A stretch of 63,642 nucleotides of DNA, counting the filler, from Craspedostauros australis (Eukaryota): the NCBI GenBank assembly GCA_030167865.1. It is 10 parts of 10 records of this genome, joined end to end, with 100 filler letters (N's around TTAATTAATTAA, not from the genome) between each part and the next. Parts side by side here need not be neighbours in the genome. Positions count along the whole stretch, not along the records: positions 1 to 30,963 come from JALAGF010000497.1; 9 more parts are not named here. One strand, given 5' to 3'. Of this stretch, positions 11,734-24,233 are shown piece by piece. Position numbers and translations under genes: made by a program. The first letter of the stretch is position 1. Each line of letters opens with the position of its first letter. Under the pieces are notes generated by a model, which searched no databases, had not been told where the DNA came from, and was given only the letters and a program-made list of their open reading frames with translations.

Positions 11734-12509
11734 CTGGGGAGGTGTGTGTGTACAGTGCTTTGCATGTGTGGGATGACGACAATGACCATGCCACCCCCAA
11801 GAAAACGTGATCGTGTGAACAAAGAGACATCGTGAGTTGTGATGGGTTTTGGATCCCCCTCTCTTGGTTTTTGGTCACAATTTGACATTTCGTCGATGTC
11901 TTGCTTGAGTCGTTCCTACGCACAATATGTGTTCGCCAAATCCACTCCGTTTGACTCTTGTTTGGGCAGCTTCCGGATTTTTGGACAAGGACAAAAACCT
12001 GAACAAGAAACGTCTTCGTCCAAAAAGACAGAATGACCTTCCGTATCTCATGAAGGTGAGGGGATCGTACGGTCACTCATCGCCAAAGAATCGGGATTTT
12101 TCGCCACCAGCCAATCTTGTGGGGCTTTGTTGTGTTGTGTCGCCGAAGTGGGCGCTCCGCAGAGAGGATGGATGGAAGGAAGGTACGCGAGTACGACCAC
12201 TCATGGTGACGGTGGCCTGCGAGGAGAGAGGCTCACATTTCGTTGCTTCTGGTGGCATCGGACACTGAATGAGGCATTGTGGCATCGATGCATGGGTGGG
12301 AGTATTGAGAGAACGCACTTGTGATCAATCGACGATCTTCCAATCATTCGAGCAATCAATCATTAAAACCAACCATCAGACAACAAACCAACTAAGAACA
12401 CAAATAGAGAACACGAACAGAGGACAAACAGAGGACAAGCACCAACTTCGACAGCCATCGACAGCAATCAACAGAACAGATCCACCAAAGCACAGTGCGC
12501 AGCAAGACC

Positions 12510-15500
12510 ATGTCGGAACCGAACCAACCAGACCAGGCGCCGCCGCAGGATCAGCCAGCGCAAGCCCAGCAGGGCAGCGTCGGCGATGGCAGCCAGCAGA
12601 ACCCCGCGACTGCGGCTCCAGGCGGTAACCCGGAAGAAGACGAGGAGATCATCGAGGAGGAGTTCAGCGATGACAGCGGCGCCGAGATCGATGACGATTA
12701 CTTCGAGGAGGAGATCGTTGGTCCCGAGAGCCGCCGATCGCTCGTGGATGGAGAAGAGGAGGTCGATGGGGACTCGGACGAGTACGAGGAGGTCGTGGTG
12801 AGCCGTCGCAACCTCGGCAGCGAGGCGTACGCGGAGAATGCGGAGAGCCGCTCCACCGTCTACGAGTACGTGGATGACGAAGAGGACGAGCTCATTTCGG
12901 ACCACGAAAGCGACGAGGAAGAGGGTGATGAGGTGGGTGGGACCCTCCACTCGGCCACGAGCGACGTCGAAGGCAGCTTGGCCGGTGGCAGTCAGGGCCA
13001 AACTCTCCCCACCGTGGAAGAGGAACCATCCAACTCCGAGAGCGCGCCGGCCTACGACGGACCCGTCGACATGGATGAAGTGTTGGATGCGCTTCGAGAT
13101 GAGCAGAAGCGTCAGGAGGACGAACCAAGCTACGGTGAAACGACAGAGGGACAGGAAGGGGAGGAAGTGGAAGTGGAAGAAGAGGTGGACGTAGAACAAG
13201 CCGATGATGAAGAGCGCCGGCGGCAACAGGAATACCAACAGCAGCAGCAGCAGCAGCAGCAACAACAACAACAGCAACGATATGAGGAGGCGGGCGAGAC
13301 GTCCACACAAACCAGTGGCAACAACCAGAGCTGGGATCCAGACTTCGGCGGGGCATCGCAGGTAAGCCAAGGCGACGGGTCATCCGCCCGTCAATACTCC
13401 ACCCAGGGCAGCGACCCTGCGCTGTCGAATCAGAACTGGGAGGATGTCGAGAATCTGGTGACCGCGGATGCTTTTCGCAACTCCGACCAGAGCTCCAACC
13501 AGAGTACCAACCGCAACTCCAATCGCGGCCCCAGCCGCAACCGCAACTCGAACCGCAACTCCACTCCTTCGTTCGACGGCCGAAGCCAAGAGAATAGCGC
13601 AACCACAGAATCCAACTCCTACCCAACCTACCAGCGCCCACCTTCTCGAAACACTTCCGACATGATGGACGTGCCCCTGAACGGTGGGGACGAGGAGACT
13701 CCAGGCGGCTATGCGCCCGTCGTCCCACCACAGAAGGTGCCACGCGAACCCAAGAAGAACTCGCCAAGCTTCCTCTTCAACTGCACCCTCTGCATCATCA
13801 TCATCGCCATCGTGGGGCTGGCGGTCTTCCTCGGTGTCTTCATCGGCAGCGATGAATTCGTCAACAACGACATCGACAGGACGATAGCCAACGCCACTGA
13901 GGCACCGTCCGCATCGCCCTCGTTCTTCACGACCGACCTCTTCAGCGAGTTCAACGATTTCCAATTTCCGAATTGTGACTTCTCCGCCGTCTACCAGCCC
14001 AACGTGATCGACCAGTGCAAATGCAACGGTGAAATCACCATCGTCCAGAAAGACATTCAAAACCGATACAACACCCTGCGCACCGACTTCATCCCGACAG
14101 TGTACAGCAGCTTCCAGGAGACCGCCACCTCGTGCGCTCCAGAAAACCAAGCTCTCTACTACCTCGCGACAGGAGATTTGGCCATGCTGCCAGAAAACGA
14201 GCTCAAGAAGCGACTGGCCCTGGCCATCAACTTCATCACGCTGGATGGATCCATGTGGACCGATCGTTCCGGATGGTTCTCCCAGGACGACCCATGCACA
14301 TGGACAGGCCTCAAGTGCGCCAACACCACGGTCGATGCTATCGGTCTTCCAAACAATAATCTTGTCGGAGAGGTACGTACCATACACGCATGTGCGCGGT
14401 GTTTTCTGGAAGGTCACGCCGTCAGAACCCGCTTGATCCAAATTCGGCCGGTAACGCTTTGCACCATCCCATCACTGCCTTGCTCGTCGTGTCGTTCCTC
14501 CCTCGCTCACCAACGTCTTGCTCATCTCTCTCTCTCTCTCTCTTTCTGCCACATCCGCTAATACCCATTCCATCCATCCAATTGCTTCACCAACAATCCG
14601 CGTTCGACAACCACCACAGCTTCGACGCGAACTCATCCTCCTGGATAAGCTGGACAACATCAACCTGTCCGGCAACCAGATCCGAGGCGGAATTCCGGCA
14701 GATTTCTTCGAGCTGACGGCCCTCGTTTCTCTCGATATCAGCTCTAACGAACTCACGGAAGCACTGCCGAGCGATGTCTCCATGGCAACGACTCTCCGCC
14801 AGCTCAACCTGGAGAACAATGAGATCGAGGGCCGTATCCCGCAGTCAATCTCTGGCATGACGAGCCTCGAAACGCTGCGTCTGACATCCAACGAATTCGT
14901 AGGGTCTCTCCCGCCCTCATTGTTCAGCCTGCAGAACCTGCAAGAGCTCCAGGTGGGCTCGAATGGCATCACGGGAATCATCCCGCAGAACATCAACCAG
15001 GCCTCTGCCCTCACCTCCCTCACGCTGGGACCAAATCCAATCTCCGGCAACTTTCAGAACAACATCCAGGAGCTCATCAACCTCCGAACCTTGAGCATTA
15101 AGGGGACGCGGATCAGTGGCAGGATGTCTGATACTTTCCCAGTCGACCTGCAGAACTTGGTCGAGCTGACCATCTCGGATAATCCGAACTTCGGCGGCAG
15201 CATCCCAGCATCGCTCGGGACCATGCAACGACTGGAGACGCTCGACCTGAGCAACAATCAATTCCGCAACGTTATTCCGCCCCAGCTGGGCGACCTCCCC
15301 AAGCTCCAGTTCCTGGTCCTCAGCAAGAACACGCTGAGCGGCCGGATTCCCGGCCAGCTCGGAAATGTCCGGACTCTCCGAGTGCTGGACCTCGAAGACA
15401 ACGCGCTAACGGGCGTCATCCCGCAAAGCCTGCAAGCGCTGGACAACCTGGAACGATTGCTCCTTGCCGGCAACGGCCTTGATTCGTTGCGAGTGTCAGA

Positions 15501-15633
15501 TGAGGTCTGTGCTTTGCGAGGCGAATCCCTCATCGAATTCGTCACGGATTGCCCGGATCGTGACAACAACAACAACATCATTGGCGTTGTGTGCCCGCAG
15601 CCCCTGTGCTGCACAGGCTGTCGCTCGCAGTAA
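12510..15633 (+). CDS. Leucine-rich-repeat membrane protein 2, tandem paralogue; exons 12510-14372 and 14620-15633
   Basis: Acidic and poly-Q N-terminus, TM CIIIIAIVGLAVFLGVFIG, same Cys cap (CDF....QP.VIDQC.C; C...NQAL). Intron GTACGT(14373)...CAG(14619) joins NNLVGE|LRRELILL. LRRs and C-terminal Cys motif as in paralogue 1. Confidence 0.92.
13236..13277 (+). repeat. (CAG/CAA)n coding poly-glutamine tract
   Basis: Run of CAG then CAA codons encoding 14 Q in LRR protein 2. Confidence 0.9.
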
Positions 15634-16266
15634 GGGCAACACACCGGGCAACTCGTGCGAGGGCGTTTGTGGCGGAGAGTGTTTGATGGAGGTACCGTCC
15701 ACCATGCAAGTGGTGCCGCTTACCACAGAGGCACGGATATGATTCAACTTAGTAATTTATGGCTGTGTGTAAGAGTCTCAGCATTGTAGCTAATACGTAT
15801 TGTGATATAATATGATGATCAGATGCTGCCGAAAGCTGTCGATTGCTGTCCATTCCCCATGGTGACGGCTTCCTGGAACGCAAGGCAAGTAGTTCACGCC
15901 CCAAGGCGCACACGACTCCTGCATTGCTGTTGGCGCCGAGTTGGTTCATGGCGTTCTTGGTTGGGAGAGAGACCGTTGGACGTGACACACACTTTGGCGA
16001 ACGGGTGAAGAGCACGGCAAAGCAGGCACGAAAAGCGGACTCGGAGCACGTGTAATCCCATCATGAGATTATAGAATAGTTACGAGTGGAAACACAATTT
16101 TCTTTACCTATTGTTGTGGTTTGATTAACAGCTAATCGGAGGCGGGATGGGAGCACTGCGGAACTGATGTTGATCAGGTTCACTGTGCAGCAGCTCCTTT
16201 CGACCAGGCCTCCAATGGGGATGTAATAAATGAAGTTGGGCCAGCCATTGGTGGGAAGGGAGAGAC

Positions 16267-18399
16267 TCAGGCTTCTCCTGGAGCCTCCTCATTCTCATCC
16301 ATGGAGCCGTCTGGCGTGGAAGCAGGAGCGAGGAGGGGCTCGCTCTCCTTCACGTCGGTGATCTCGACGTCGCCAGTCTCTTCATCGATCGGGAGTCCGG
16401 TGTGCTCAGCCAGCGCAGAGGTGCGGGCCTTGACGAACTCCATGTCCTCTGGGAGGCTTTGGATGGCCTCCCAGCGGCTTTGGCGAGCTGCCAAGCAGCT
16501 CAAGCAACGTTCCTTGCCACCATTGTACCTCCAGTTGTACAAGTTCCATCCCAAGATGGCGGCCAAGAGGACGGTCACGCAAGAGCCCAAAGTATCAAAG
16601 GCCTTCGAATCCTGGGTGAACAGCCAGGAGAGGCCGAGGAGGGCGAGTGGGAGGATCAAGAACATGACGATGATGTACACCAATGGGAATCCACGCCAGA
16701 AGCGGGTCGCCTTTCCGAGCTGGCGGGCGGCCGCGAGGGGCATCTGGCGCATGAATGGAACTGGGTACCAGATGAGGATTCCGGAGATGTTGAAGAACAA
16801 GTGGGCAAGGGCGACGCGGAGGGCGTTGGTTCCATCGGTGACGAAGGCGGAGAGGATGGCGGTACCGGTGGTTCCGATGTTGGCTCCGAGGGTCAGTGGA
16901 AGCATCTGCTCAAGACGGAGGACTCCCATACCGACGAGTGGCGTGAGTGCGGAGGTGGTGATGGAGGAGGACTGGACGACCATGGTGATTCCGGCTCCGA
17001 GCACGATGGCGAGGTATCCGTTGATGTTGGTGGCCTTGTGGATGATGCGGGTGGAGGTTCCGAGGAGCATCTTCTGGAGCATGGTGACCATGGCGAAGAG
17101 GCAGACGAAGAGGATTCCGATGGAGATGATGAAGATGATGAATCCGGCCATCTGGTCGTCCTTCTTGGATGCATCTGCCTGGAAGAAGGCTGGGCAGTCT
17201 CCAGTCTTCTTGTCGCAAGAGATGAGACCGACCTTGGAGCAGGACTTCGTGGTTGGGTTGCTGTTGTCAGCGCAGACGATCGGGTAGAAGTCAGAGCACG
17301 AGTCTCCCTTGGCGACGCCCTCGATGACCTTCTTGTTGGCGATGATGACCTTCTTTCCAAGTGGGGAGACGAGCTTCTTGACTGGTCCCTCCCACTTGTC
17401 ACCCTTCTCGGTGTCGGCGTTGCTGACCATGGCTCTGGTCAAGGCATTCAAGTATCCAGTGATGACCTCCACAGGCAGGAGGACGGAGACGGAAAGGAAG
17501 TTGAACATATCGTGGACCGTGGCTCCGGCGAAGGCGCGCTCGAGCTGGTCTCCATTTCCCAAATGACCGATGGCGACGATGGTGTTGGTGACGGAGGTTC
17601 CGATGTTGGCACCCATGATCATGTAGATTCCCTGCTTGACGGAGACGGCATCAGCACCGACGAGAGAGACGACGATGGAGGTGGTGGTGGAGGAAGACTG
17701 GAGGAGGACTGTGGCAAGGATACCAACCATGAGACCGGCGATTGGGTTGGTATCATCTCCGAACAAACTTCCCGCTGTGCAACCTCCCATGACCTTGGCT
17801 CCAGATCCGAGCAATTCGAGTCCGAAGAGGAAGAAGTAGAGGAAGAACAAGACGGTCACGAGTCCAAAGAGAGCCCTCCCCCATTCCTCCGGGGTGTGGA
17901 CGCAGCATGTTTGGAGGACCTCTCCCCAAGAGGCATCTTCAATGTCGGCTGCGTCCTCGACCTCGAAGTCGACATCTCCGATGTGGACGGAGTTGGTTGG
18001 GCGATCCTTGCGGCTCTTGGCTTCGCCCTTCGGCATCTCCTCAGGCTTGGTGATATCTGGTTCTTCGGTGCTCTGTTGTTTGTTGCCGATGGAATGAGGA
18101 GGGGCAGCGACAGAAGGTAAACACATGACGCAGGCGAAGACAAGGCACAAGGCACAAGAGCAATGGCAATCAAGAGGAAACATGTGAGTGTTGTGCGATG
18201 CGCATGATCGAGAAGAAGGACACATGATGAGACGCAACAGCATAGCCACATGATGGAATGAAGACGACAGACCACGAGGAGATGTTCTGTTGGAAAAGAT
18301 GGACTGCCCCGCCATGTCCTCTGCGCGGGCATGTGCGGCACGCATCGACAATGATGATGACGATGACGGCAGTGGGCGCCATTGCAGGTTACTCACCAT
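16267..18399 (-). CDS. SLC34-family sodium-dependent phosphate cotransporter; exons 18399-18397 (ATG only) and 18072-16267
   Basis: Two QSSS signature repeats (LLQSSSTTTS, VVQSSSITTS), GANIGT twice, AFAGATVHDMFN and AHLFFN. ATG|GTGAGT donor and ...AACAACAG|AGC acceptor give MSTEEPDIT. Strong C/G-ending codon bias in exon 2. Confidence 0.95.
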   Translation of the reverse strand: MVSNLQWRPLPSSSSSLSMRAAHARAEDMAGQSIFSNRTSPRGLSSSFHHVAMLLRLIMCPSSRSCASHNTHMFPLDCHCSCALCLVFACVMCLPSVAAPPHSIGNKQQSTEEPDITKPEEMPKGEAKSRKDRPTNSVHIGDVDFEVEDAADIEDASWGEVLQTCCVHTPEEWGRALFGLVTVLFFLYFFLFGLELLGSGAKVMGGCTAGSLFGDDTNPIAGLMVGILATVLLQSSSTTTSIVVSLVGADAVSVKQGIYMIMGANIGTSVTNTIVAIGHLGNGDQLERAFAGATVHDMFNFLSVSVLLPVEVITGYLNALTRAMVSNADTEKGDKWEGPVKKLVSPLGKKVIIANKKVIEGVAKGDSCSDFYPIVCADNSNPTTKSCSKVGLISCDKKTGDCPAFFQADASKKDDQMAGFIIFIISIGILFVCLFAMVTMLQKMLLGTSTRIIHKATNINGYLAIVLGAGITMVVQSSSITTSALTPLVGMGVLRLEQMLPLTLGANIGTTGTAILSAFVTDGTNALRVALAHLFFNISGILIWYPVPFMRQMPLAAARQLGKATRFWRGFPLVYIIVMFLILPLALLGLSWLFTQDSKAFDTLGSCVTVLLAAILGWNLYNWRYNGGKERCLSCLAARQSRWEAIQSLPEDMEFVKARTSALAEHTGLPIDEETGDVEITDVKESEPLLAPASTPDGSMDENEEAPGEA

Positions 18400-18832
18400 G
18401 GTGATTTGGACGGTAGTGTCTTTGTTTTGTAAGAACAGAGTTGGGTTGGTTTGAGTTGAAGCGGGCTGTGCAAGATGATTGGCTTGGCTTTGCTCCGTTG
18501 GTTTGGATTATGGGAAGATGGATGGGGAAGGGGGAAGGAAAGTCGATCTTGCCGCAGGAGCGCCTGTTTGATGGTGATAACGACGCGTTGTTGCCCTGCA
18601 GATCGAATGTCCAAATTGCCAGCGGATCCAGCAATCGACCAAGGGAGAAGGGTCGCAACACATCCGTAATAACTTCGATGGGGAACGAAGGGCGACGACG
18701 CCCACGTTGGATCTGCGTGGCCTTCGTACGCCAGAGGCAGGGATGAGGAAGGAGCTGCATCTTTCTCATCGCCTCATCGCGTGAAATCCATGTGGACGTC
18801 GACATCGGCGATGAAACGTCGCCGTCGTCCTA

Positions 18833-18840
18833 AAGATTCA
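18833..18840 (-). promoter_or_regulatory. Possible PSR/PHR phosphate-starvation element TGAATCTT about 435 nt upstream of the SLC34 ATG
   Basis: Matches the YGAATCTH motif, as I recall it, for the diatom PSR Myb factor. It is short and could occur by chance. Confidence 0.3.
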
Positions 18841-20335
18841 TCGGCGATTCAATGTTCGGATCCACCATCACGAAGTGAATGGCGCACGGGGAATGATCTC
18901 AACCTCTCTGGCCCGAACCAAGAGGGGAGGGCGGTCGTGGTTGATGTTCCCAAGTGCTCTTGAATCAGGCGGAGGAAGTACGAGCTGAGTATCGTTTCCC
19001 CGGGGGCAGTGTTGTTTGAGCGTGTTCTGTAGCGGATGGATGAAGTCCCGCACACATGGCACGAGATGGGTGGCTGGTCCGCAGGGACTAGCCGGGAGGG
19101 AGGAAGGAAGGAAGGAAGGAAGATTGAAACCTGGGCTATGTCTGGACGAGGCTGTTGTCTTGGTGACAGGTCACCTTGTGAGTGAAGGCGCTGCTCACGG
19201 AACCTTCCTCGTTGTGTCGTTGGCGGCAACCCGCTTCCATTTCCTCCACTTGATGTTCCCATTTCATGTCAGTGCCATTTTTGGTAATCGTCAATGGCTC
19301 GGTCGGCGCGCCGCACGATCCACGCATTGATACTTAGTGTTGAATGCGACACAAAGAAAATGCACAGAAGGCCGACTGTGTCTGAACGAAACCGTGTTTG
19401 TGAACACGCTTCGCTTTGTCACGCGTCCTAACAGTCCACAAAACAGCTTTTTGCGAAGGATATGTTCGACAGTTGGGGCAGTACGGTGTTCGTGTTGGTG
19501 CATCTGTTGTGATTGGACCCTTCTCACTGGTCCGACTTTGATGTTCTTGTTGTGAACACAAATTCCTGCATTCTCCAAGGAGCCTCCGATCGAAGTCCAG
19601 ACGGTATACATGTCAATCACACAGATCATTGGGGTCCATGGTAAATATACAATAAATAAAGCTAATGCTTTTCATTTGTCTCAACAAGCGCTTGACCAAC
19701 ATGACCGAAGATGGACTCAAGCAACATTCGCAACCAACACCTCGCGAACTAAAACCAGACCTCGTAGGTGACAACACCATCCACGACTTGATTCATCCGA
19801 ATGCAAATCTTGGCTGTGTTTGCGAACGGCACAAACAAGACCAAAATCAACAGCAATCGACACGAATCAAGGGAGAGAAGGTGACAATGGTGGTGGCAGC
19901 AGCGGCAAGCGCCTCTGGCCTCCGCGATGTTGGTGCTGATGTTGGCACGACAGAAACACGAAAGAGAGACGGACACAACAAGAAGATCGTCTGAAGCCTA
20001 TCCAATTCGCGAGTTGTGAACACATCATCTGTGCTCATAGTTTGTAGGTCGTACTCCCACCACAGATACCACTGAACCCACGCGTCAACAACAAATCGTG
20101 CTTGCCTTCCTACTGTTCCACACAGTCGGATCCTGCATCCTACAGTCTACCAATCCACCTCATCCCAATACATCCCGTCGGACTTGTCGCTGAAAGAGAG
20201 AACTCTTGAGCCAGATCTGCGCGCCCAACCTTTGCCAGAGTAAACCGATCGAACGTACTCGTACTCGTACCCGCGCTCGTACCCGCGCACGCAACACAAC
20301 ACAAGACAAAAGCACAACAGAGAAAGTCACTGAAG

Positions 20336-21428
20336 ATGTGTGGCGACGGTTGCTGCTGCTTGGTCTGCGTGCGAACCCAGGAGGTTGGGATCGTTGAGGA
20401 TTTGGGGCAGTTCAAGGCGCTCCTCGATCCTGGTTTGCACTGCGTCCTCTGCCCGGTGCAGAGTGTCGTGGGACGTCTGTCGCTTCGCATCCAGCAGCTC
20501 GATGTCATCTGCGAGACCAAGACGAAGGACAACGTGTTCGTGAATGTCGGCGTAGCCGTGCAGTTCCGCGTCCTCGTCGAATCCGCCTACGATGCATACT
20601 ACCGCCTCACGGATCCGCGCGGCCAGATCCAATCCTACGTCTTCGATGTCATCCGATCCACCGTTCCGAAGATGGAGCTCGACGAGGCCTTCGCCAGCAA
20701 GGCAGACATCGCCGCCGCCGTCCTCGAGCAGCTCACTGACGTGATGCGGGACTACGGCTACGAGATCAAGAACACGCTGATCACGGATTTGGCGCCAGAC
20801 AGCAAGGTCAAGGCCAGCATGAACGAGATCAACGCCTCGCGCCGTCTCAAGGAGGCAGCGTCGCACAAGGCCGAGGCCGACAAGGTCCGCCAAGTCAAGG
20901 GAGCAGAAGGTGCGTCGACATGGCTGCGGTGGTGAATATGGATGCGTGCGTTCGGGCATGGCTGGTCCCCCGTTGCTGCGTACTTTCAATTGTGCATGCC
21001 CTTGCCAAGGAGAAGTGCAGTATCATTCCGCACACCCACCCACTCACCGTGCTTTGCCAATCATTTTCACCACTCTGCTGCTACGCTATTTTTCACAACT
21101 GTCACAAACAGCCGAGGCCGAAGCGCGGTACTTGAGCGGAGTGGGAGTTGCCCGCCAGCGCAAGGCCATCGTCCAAGGACTCCAGCAATCCGTCGGCGCC
21201 TTCGCGAATGAAGTTGACGGGGCAACGCCAAAGGATGTCATGGACATTCTCCTTCTCACGCAGTATTTCGACACGCTGTCCACAGTCGGTGCAAACTCGT
21301 TGATTCTTGAGCACGACCCAGCCACAGTCGCACAGCTGCGTTCCTCTGTCGGAGCTGGCTTCATGGCTGGTGCCGGCAAGAAACCACAGAAGCAGTCCCA
21401 GCAAGGCTTCCAGAGCTTGTTGGGTTAA
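20336..21428 (+). CDS. SPFH/band-7 protein, hypersensitive-induced-reaction (HIR)-like; exons 20336-20909 and 21112-21428
   Basis: LSLRIQQLDVICETKTKDNVFV, QIQSYVFDVIRSTVPK, MNEINA, EAEARYLSGVGVARQRKAI and LLTQYFDTL motifs. Intron GTGCGT...ACAG (20910-21111) restores KGAEAEAEARY. N-terminus is Cys-rich. Confidence 0.95.
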
Positions 21429-22346
21429 CGACTCTTGCCGGCGCTGACGCTGATGTTGCCACGGCCGCACAAGGTTTGGATGTTATGCGCGACGGAACAA
21501 ATCGACCACCCGCTCCCCAAAACTGTGGCTGGAGCACGTGGCGTCCGAACATGACGACAAACGAATGGATGCAATCGGGTGATACTCGCCACATACACAT
21601 GGGACACCAGTTGCCTGCACGATGGCCCATCATCCTCGACATCAATCTGCGTCGCGCTCAGCAAGAGTCCATCTGTATTTATGTTCCACCGCTCATTTGT
21701 GATGTTGTCATTAATAACATGGGAGTCTAGTACAAACGTTCCTCAACCGCTTTAGTGCAACACTGCAGTCGCTGTGGCGCGATGGGCAGCCGCACCGTGC
21801 TTCCAATGACATCGCAACCTCCGCTGCTGCCACATCATGGTACAGATTGAAGCGGCACAGCCATCAGACTGCTGAGGTTGCCGCCGTTTTGCTGTGCTCA
21901 TACCTGCCATGTTCTGAGGCTCTTCCCACGAGCGGCTTAGAATGAAGCGCTCCATCTACGAGCGTGGCGGGACGGTTGCGACCAAAGAGATTGGGATGGC
22001 GCTTCTGCTGTGCATTCTTCACATGCGGAATATAGTAGCCCAACAACGATGGTGATAGCGATGCATGGATCCTGGATGGCAGCCATCACAACCATGGATG
22101 CTATTCTGTGCTGCTGCATCTTTTTCGAATAGGACCCGAGAGAACTCTACTTTTTGTACTATGAAATGCTCTACTCAATGCCTGTACGAGGTCGCTATTA
22201 CGTGCGCTTGTGGATCAGCTGTTCGTTGCATCAGGGAAGAGCTCAAACATTGGTTGGCTGTATCCTCTGCTTCAGCAACTCTGCCTGTGTGGCGTCGCAC
22301 AATGGGACACGCAACAGCAGCAGCAATGTTCCTGCCGAATGCGAGG

Positions 22347-23111
22347 CTACACCGAGTAAATGTCATCATCCTTGTCCATCTCATCACAGATCGCACAGAC
22401 TGCGATCCAGAATCGTTGCTCCTCGATACTTCGGAATGATGACTTTGTGACGGTACTCGTGGCGTGTGACTTTGAAGACGACGATGCCCTCGTTGTCGCA
22501 ACAGCGGCGACTTGCGCCTTCGATCCATTGACCATGTCCGTGCTAGAAAGATAAATCTGCCGTTCTTCGACCGATGGTGATGCGGAGACCTTGCACCAAC
22601 GGAGGCGGCTGAAGAGGCACCTCCACCTTTGGGATTGGATGAAGTACTTTGGGATATAATGAAGCCTTCCGCCCGCTTCCAAGCAGTCCGGATCCTCGTT
22701 TGGCATGAAGACGCCGTATTCCTTGCTGTTTGCTTTGAGCCTGCACACCACGGCTTGCTTGTACGCCTTGTGGGACCTGATAATGATCGGTTGTTGGTCC
22801 TTGTATTGGGGGGTATCGAGCACGTATACACTGTAGGAATACGTCGCATCGTCCTTCAGCTCGCGAAGACACATGGTCGTCTGCTTCGCCTTTGTGCTGG
22901 GATCGCGGCTTTGCAACAGCGCGAAGTCGGATCTCTTGAGGCATGACTTGCATTGCATGGTGTCATTAACCGACATGCAGGACACGGCTTCAGCTGTGGA
23001 GAAGAGGTCCTTCGGGAAGCTGATTCCTTCCTGTCGTTCAGGATGTGATCGCTCACTCATGGATCCGCCCATGATGGATGTGATTGAGGCGTCCGTGATT
23101 GTGGCCAGCAT
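22347..23111 (-). CDS. Uncharacterised protein, paralogue of 478-1257
   Basis: Colinear similarity to the 478-1257 product through to the C-terminus. ATG at 23111 (alternative at 23072). Confidence 0.85.
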   Translation of the reverse strand: MLATITDASITSIMGGSMSERSHPERQEGISFPKDLFSTAEAVSCMSVNDTMQCKSCLKRSDFALLQSRDPSTKAKQTTMCLRELKDDATYSYSVYVLDTPQYKDQQPIIIRSHKAYKQAVVCRLKANSKEYGVFMPNEDPDCLEAGGRLHYIPKYFIQSQRWRCLFSRLRWCKVSASPSVEERQIYLSSTDMVNGSKAQVAAVATTRASSSSKSHATSTVTKSSFRSIEEQRFWIAVCAICDEMDKDDDIYSV

Positions 23112-24233
23112 GATGATTGCGGCTGGTGCTTTGGTGGTGAGGTGATGGCCACGGATATGTACAATAGTTGTCGCTACGAGTATTGTGGGAAGACCACACA
23201 GGATTGGACAGAGCTCCGCAGAGAATTGCCTTGCCGTGTGGCATTGTGCGTCACAAGCACTTTGGTTTGCATTGTGTTGCAACACCAAACGATGCTTGCT
23301 TTTTGCCTCACGCCCTGGTTGTGTGTCGCCAGCGGCTCGACCATCACCTCGAAAGGTGACACCCTTTCGAAATCACAACCACAACAAGATGGTAGTCGAG
23401 CAATGTGAAACGTCGAACCAGCACCGTTCGTCGCGAACGTCAAGCGCTATCAAGGAACAACGGCGCGTACTTTCTCAATTGCACACAATTAACCACTCGA
23501 ACAACGTGACGTTCAACGGTTGTGCAACATGACACGCTGTGATGTCGTGGTTGCCGCATTAAATGTGTGGATTATATCTATTGCATACGAAATACTTATG
23601 TGCGGGATTAACGTTCAGACAACATTCAACTCGTCCACTCATGGGGACCGTCGCCCACTTCGATCATGGCCAATCTGAGCTTCTCCCACCTGTGTTGTTG
23701 ATGGCGCGAGCGGTGGGCATCACGGCGCAGACAAGTGAGAAGGAGCCGATAAGAGAACTACTCTAAGTACCTGTCACTTGGGAGAGGCGTGGCGACGTCA
23801 GCGATGTCGATGTCCGTACAAACACTCTCCACCGATCTGTGCGACATGGCCACAAAGAGACAGCAACCAAGCAAGATCGCGGGCATAGGCAGAGCAGAGC
23901 AGCAGCATCGCATTGGACAAAGGTGCGGAGCCGTTTCCTGCTTCTCTGGATACAGTCTCCGAACATGCATTGCTGCACGATGGGTGACCTGTGCACTCGT
24001 TTCGGCATCTTTGCCGGTGACGTCCTCGTCTGTGCCGTCGTCCAGGCGCACCTTGTGCTGAACTAGACAGGGTTGAACTGCACCGCACATCATTCATTCC
24101 CTCTGATGCCATACTGGTCTTGAGTCACGAAGCACTACGACGAAAACGAGCACTGAAGGAACCAGACACAGCGCAAGAATATTGCTGTGATCTGTTCACG
24201 TTGCTGTAATCGTTCGCGATATCGGGTCTGCGC

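Noticed and set aside
16402..18120. 572-aa plus-strand ORF antisense to SLC34 (also 16301-17287)
   Set aside because: Shadow of strong codon bias in the real minus-strand gene; no recognisable motifs.
20336..21428. HIR plus LRR genes as a plant-like immune cluster
   Set aside because: They are separated by a phosphate transporter, and proximity in a compact genome is weak evidence without synteny or co-expression data.
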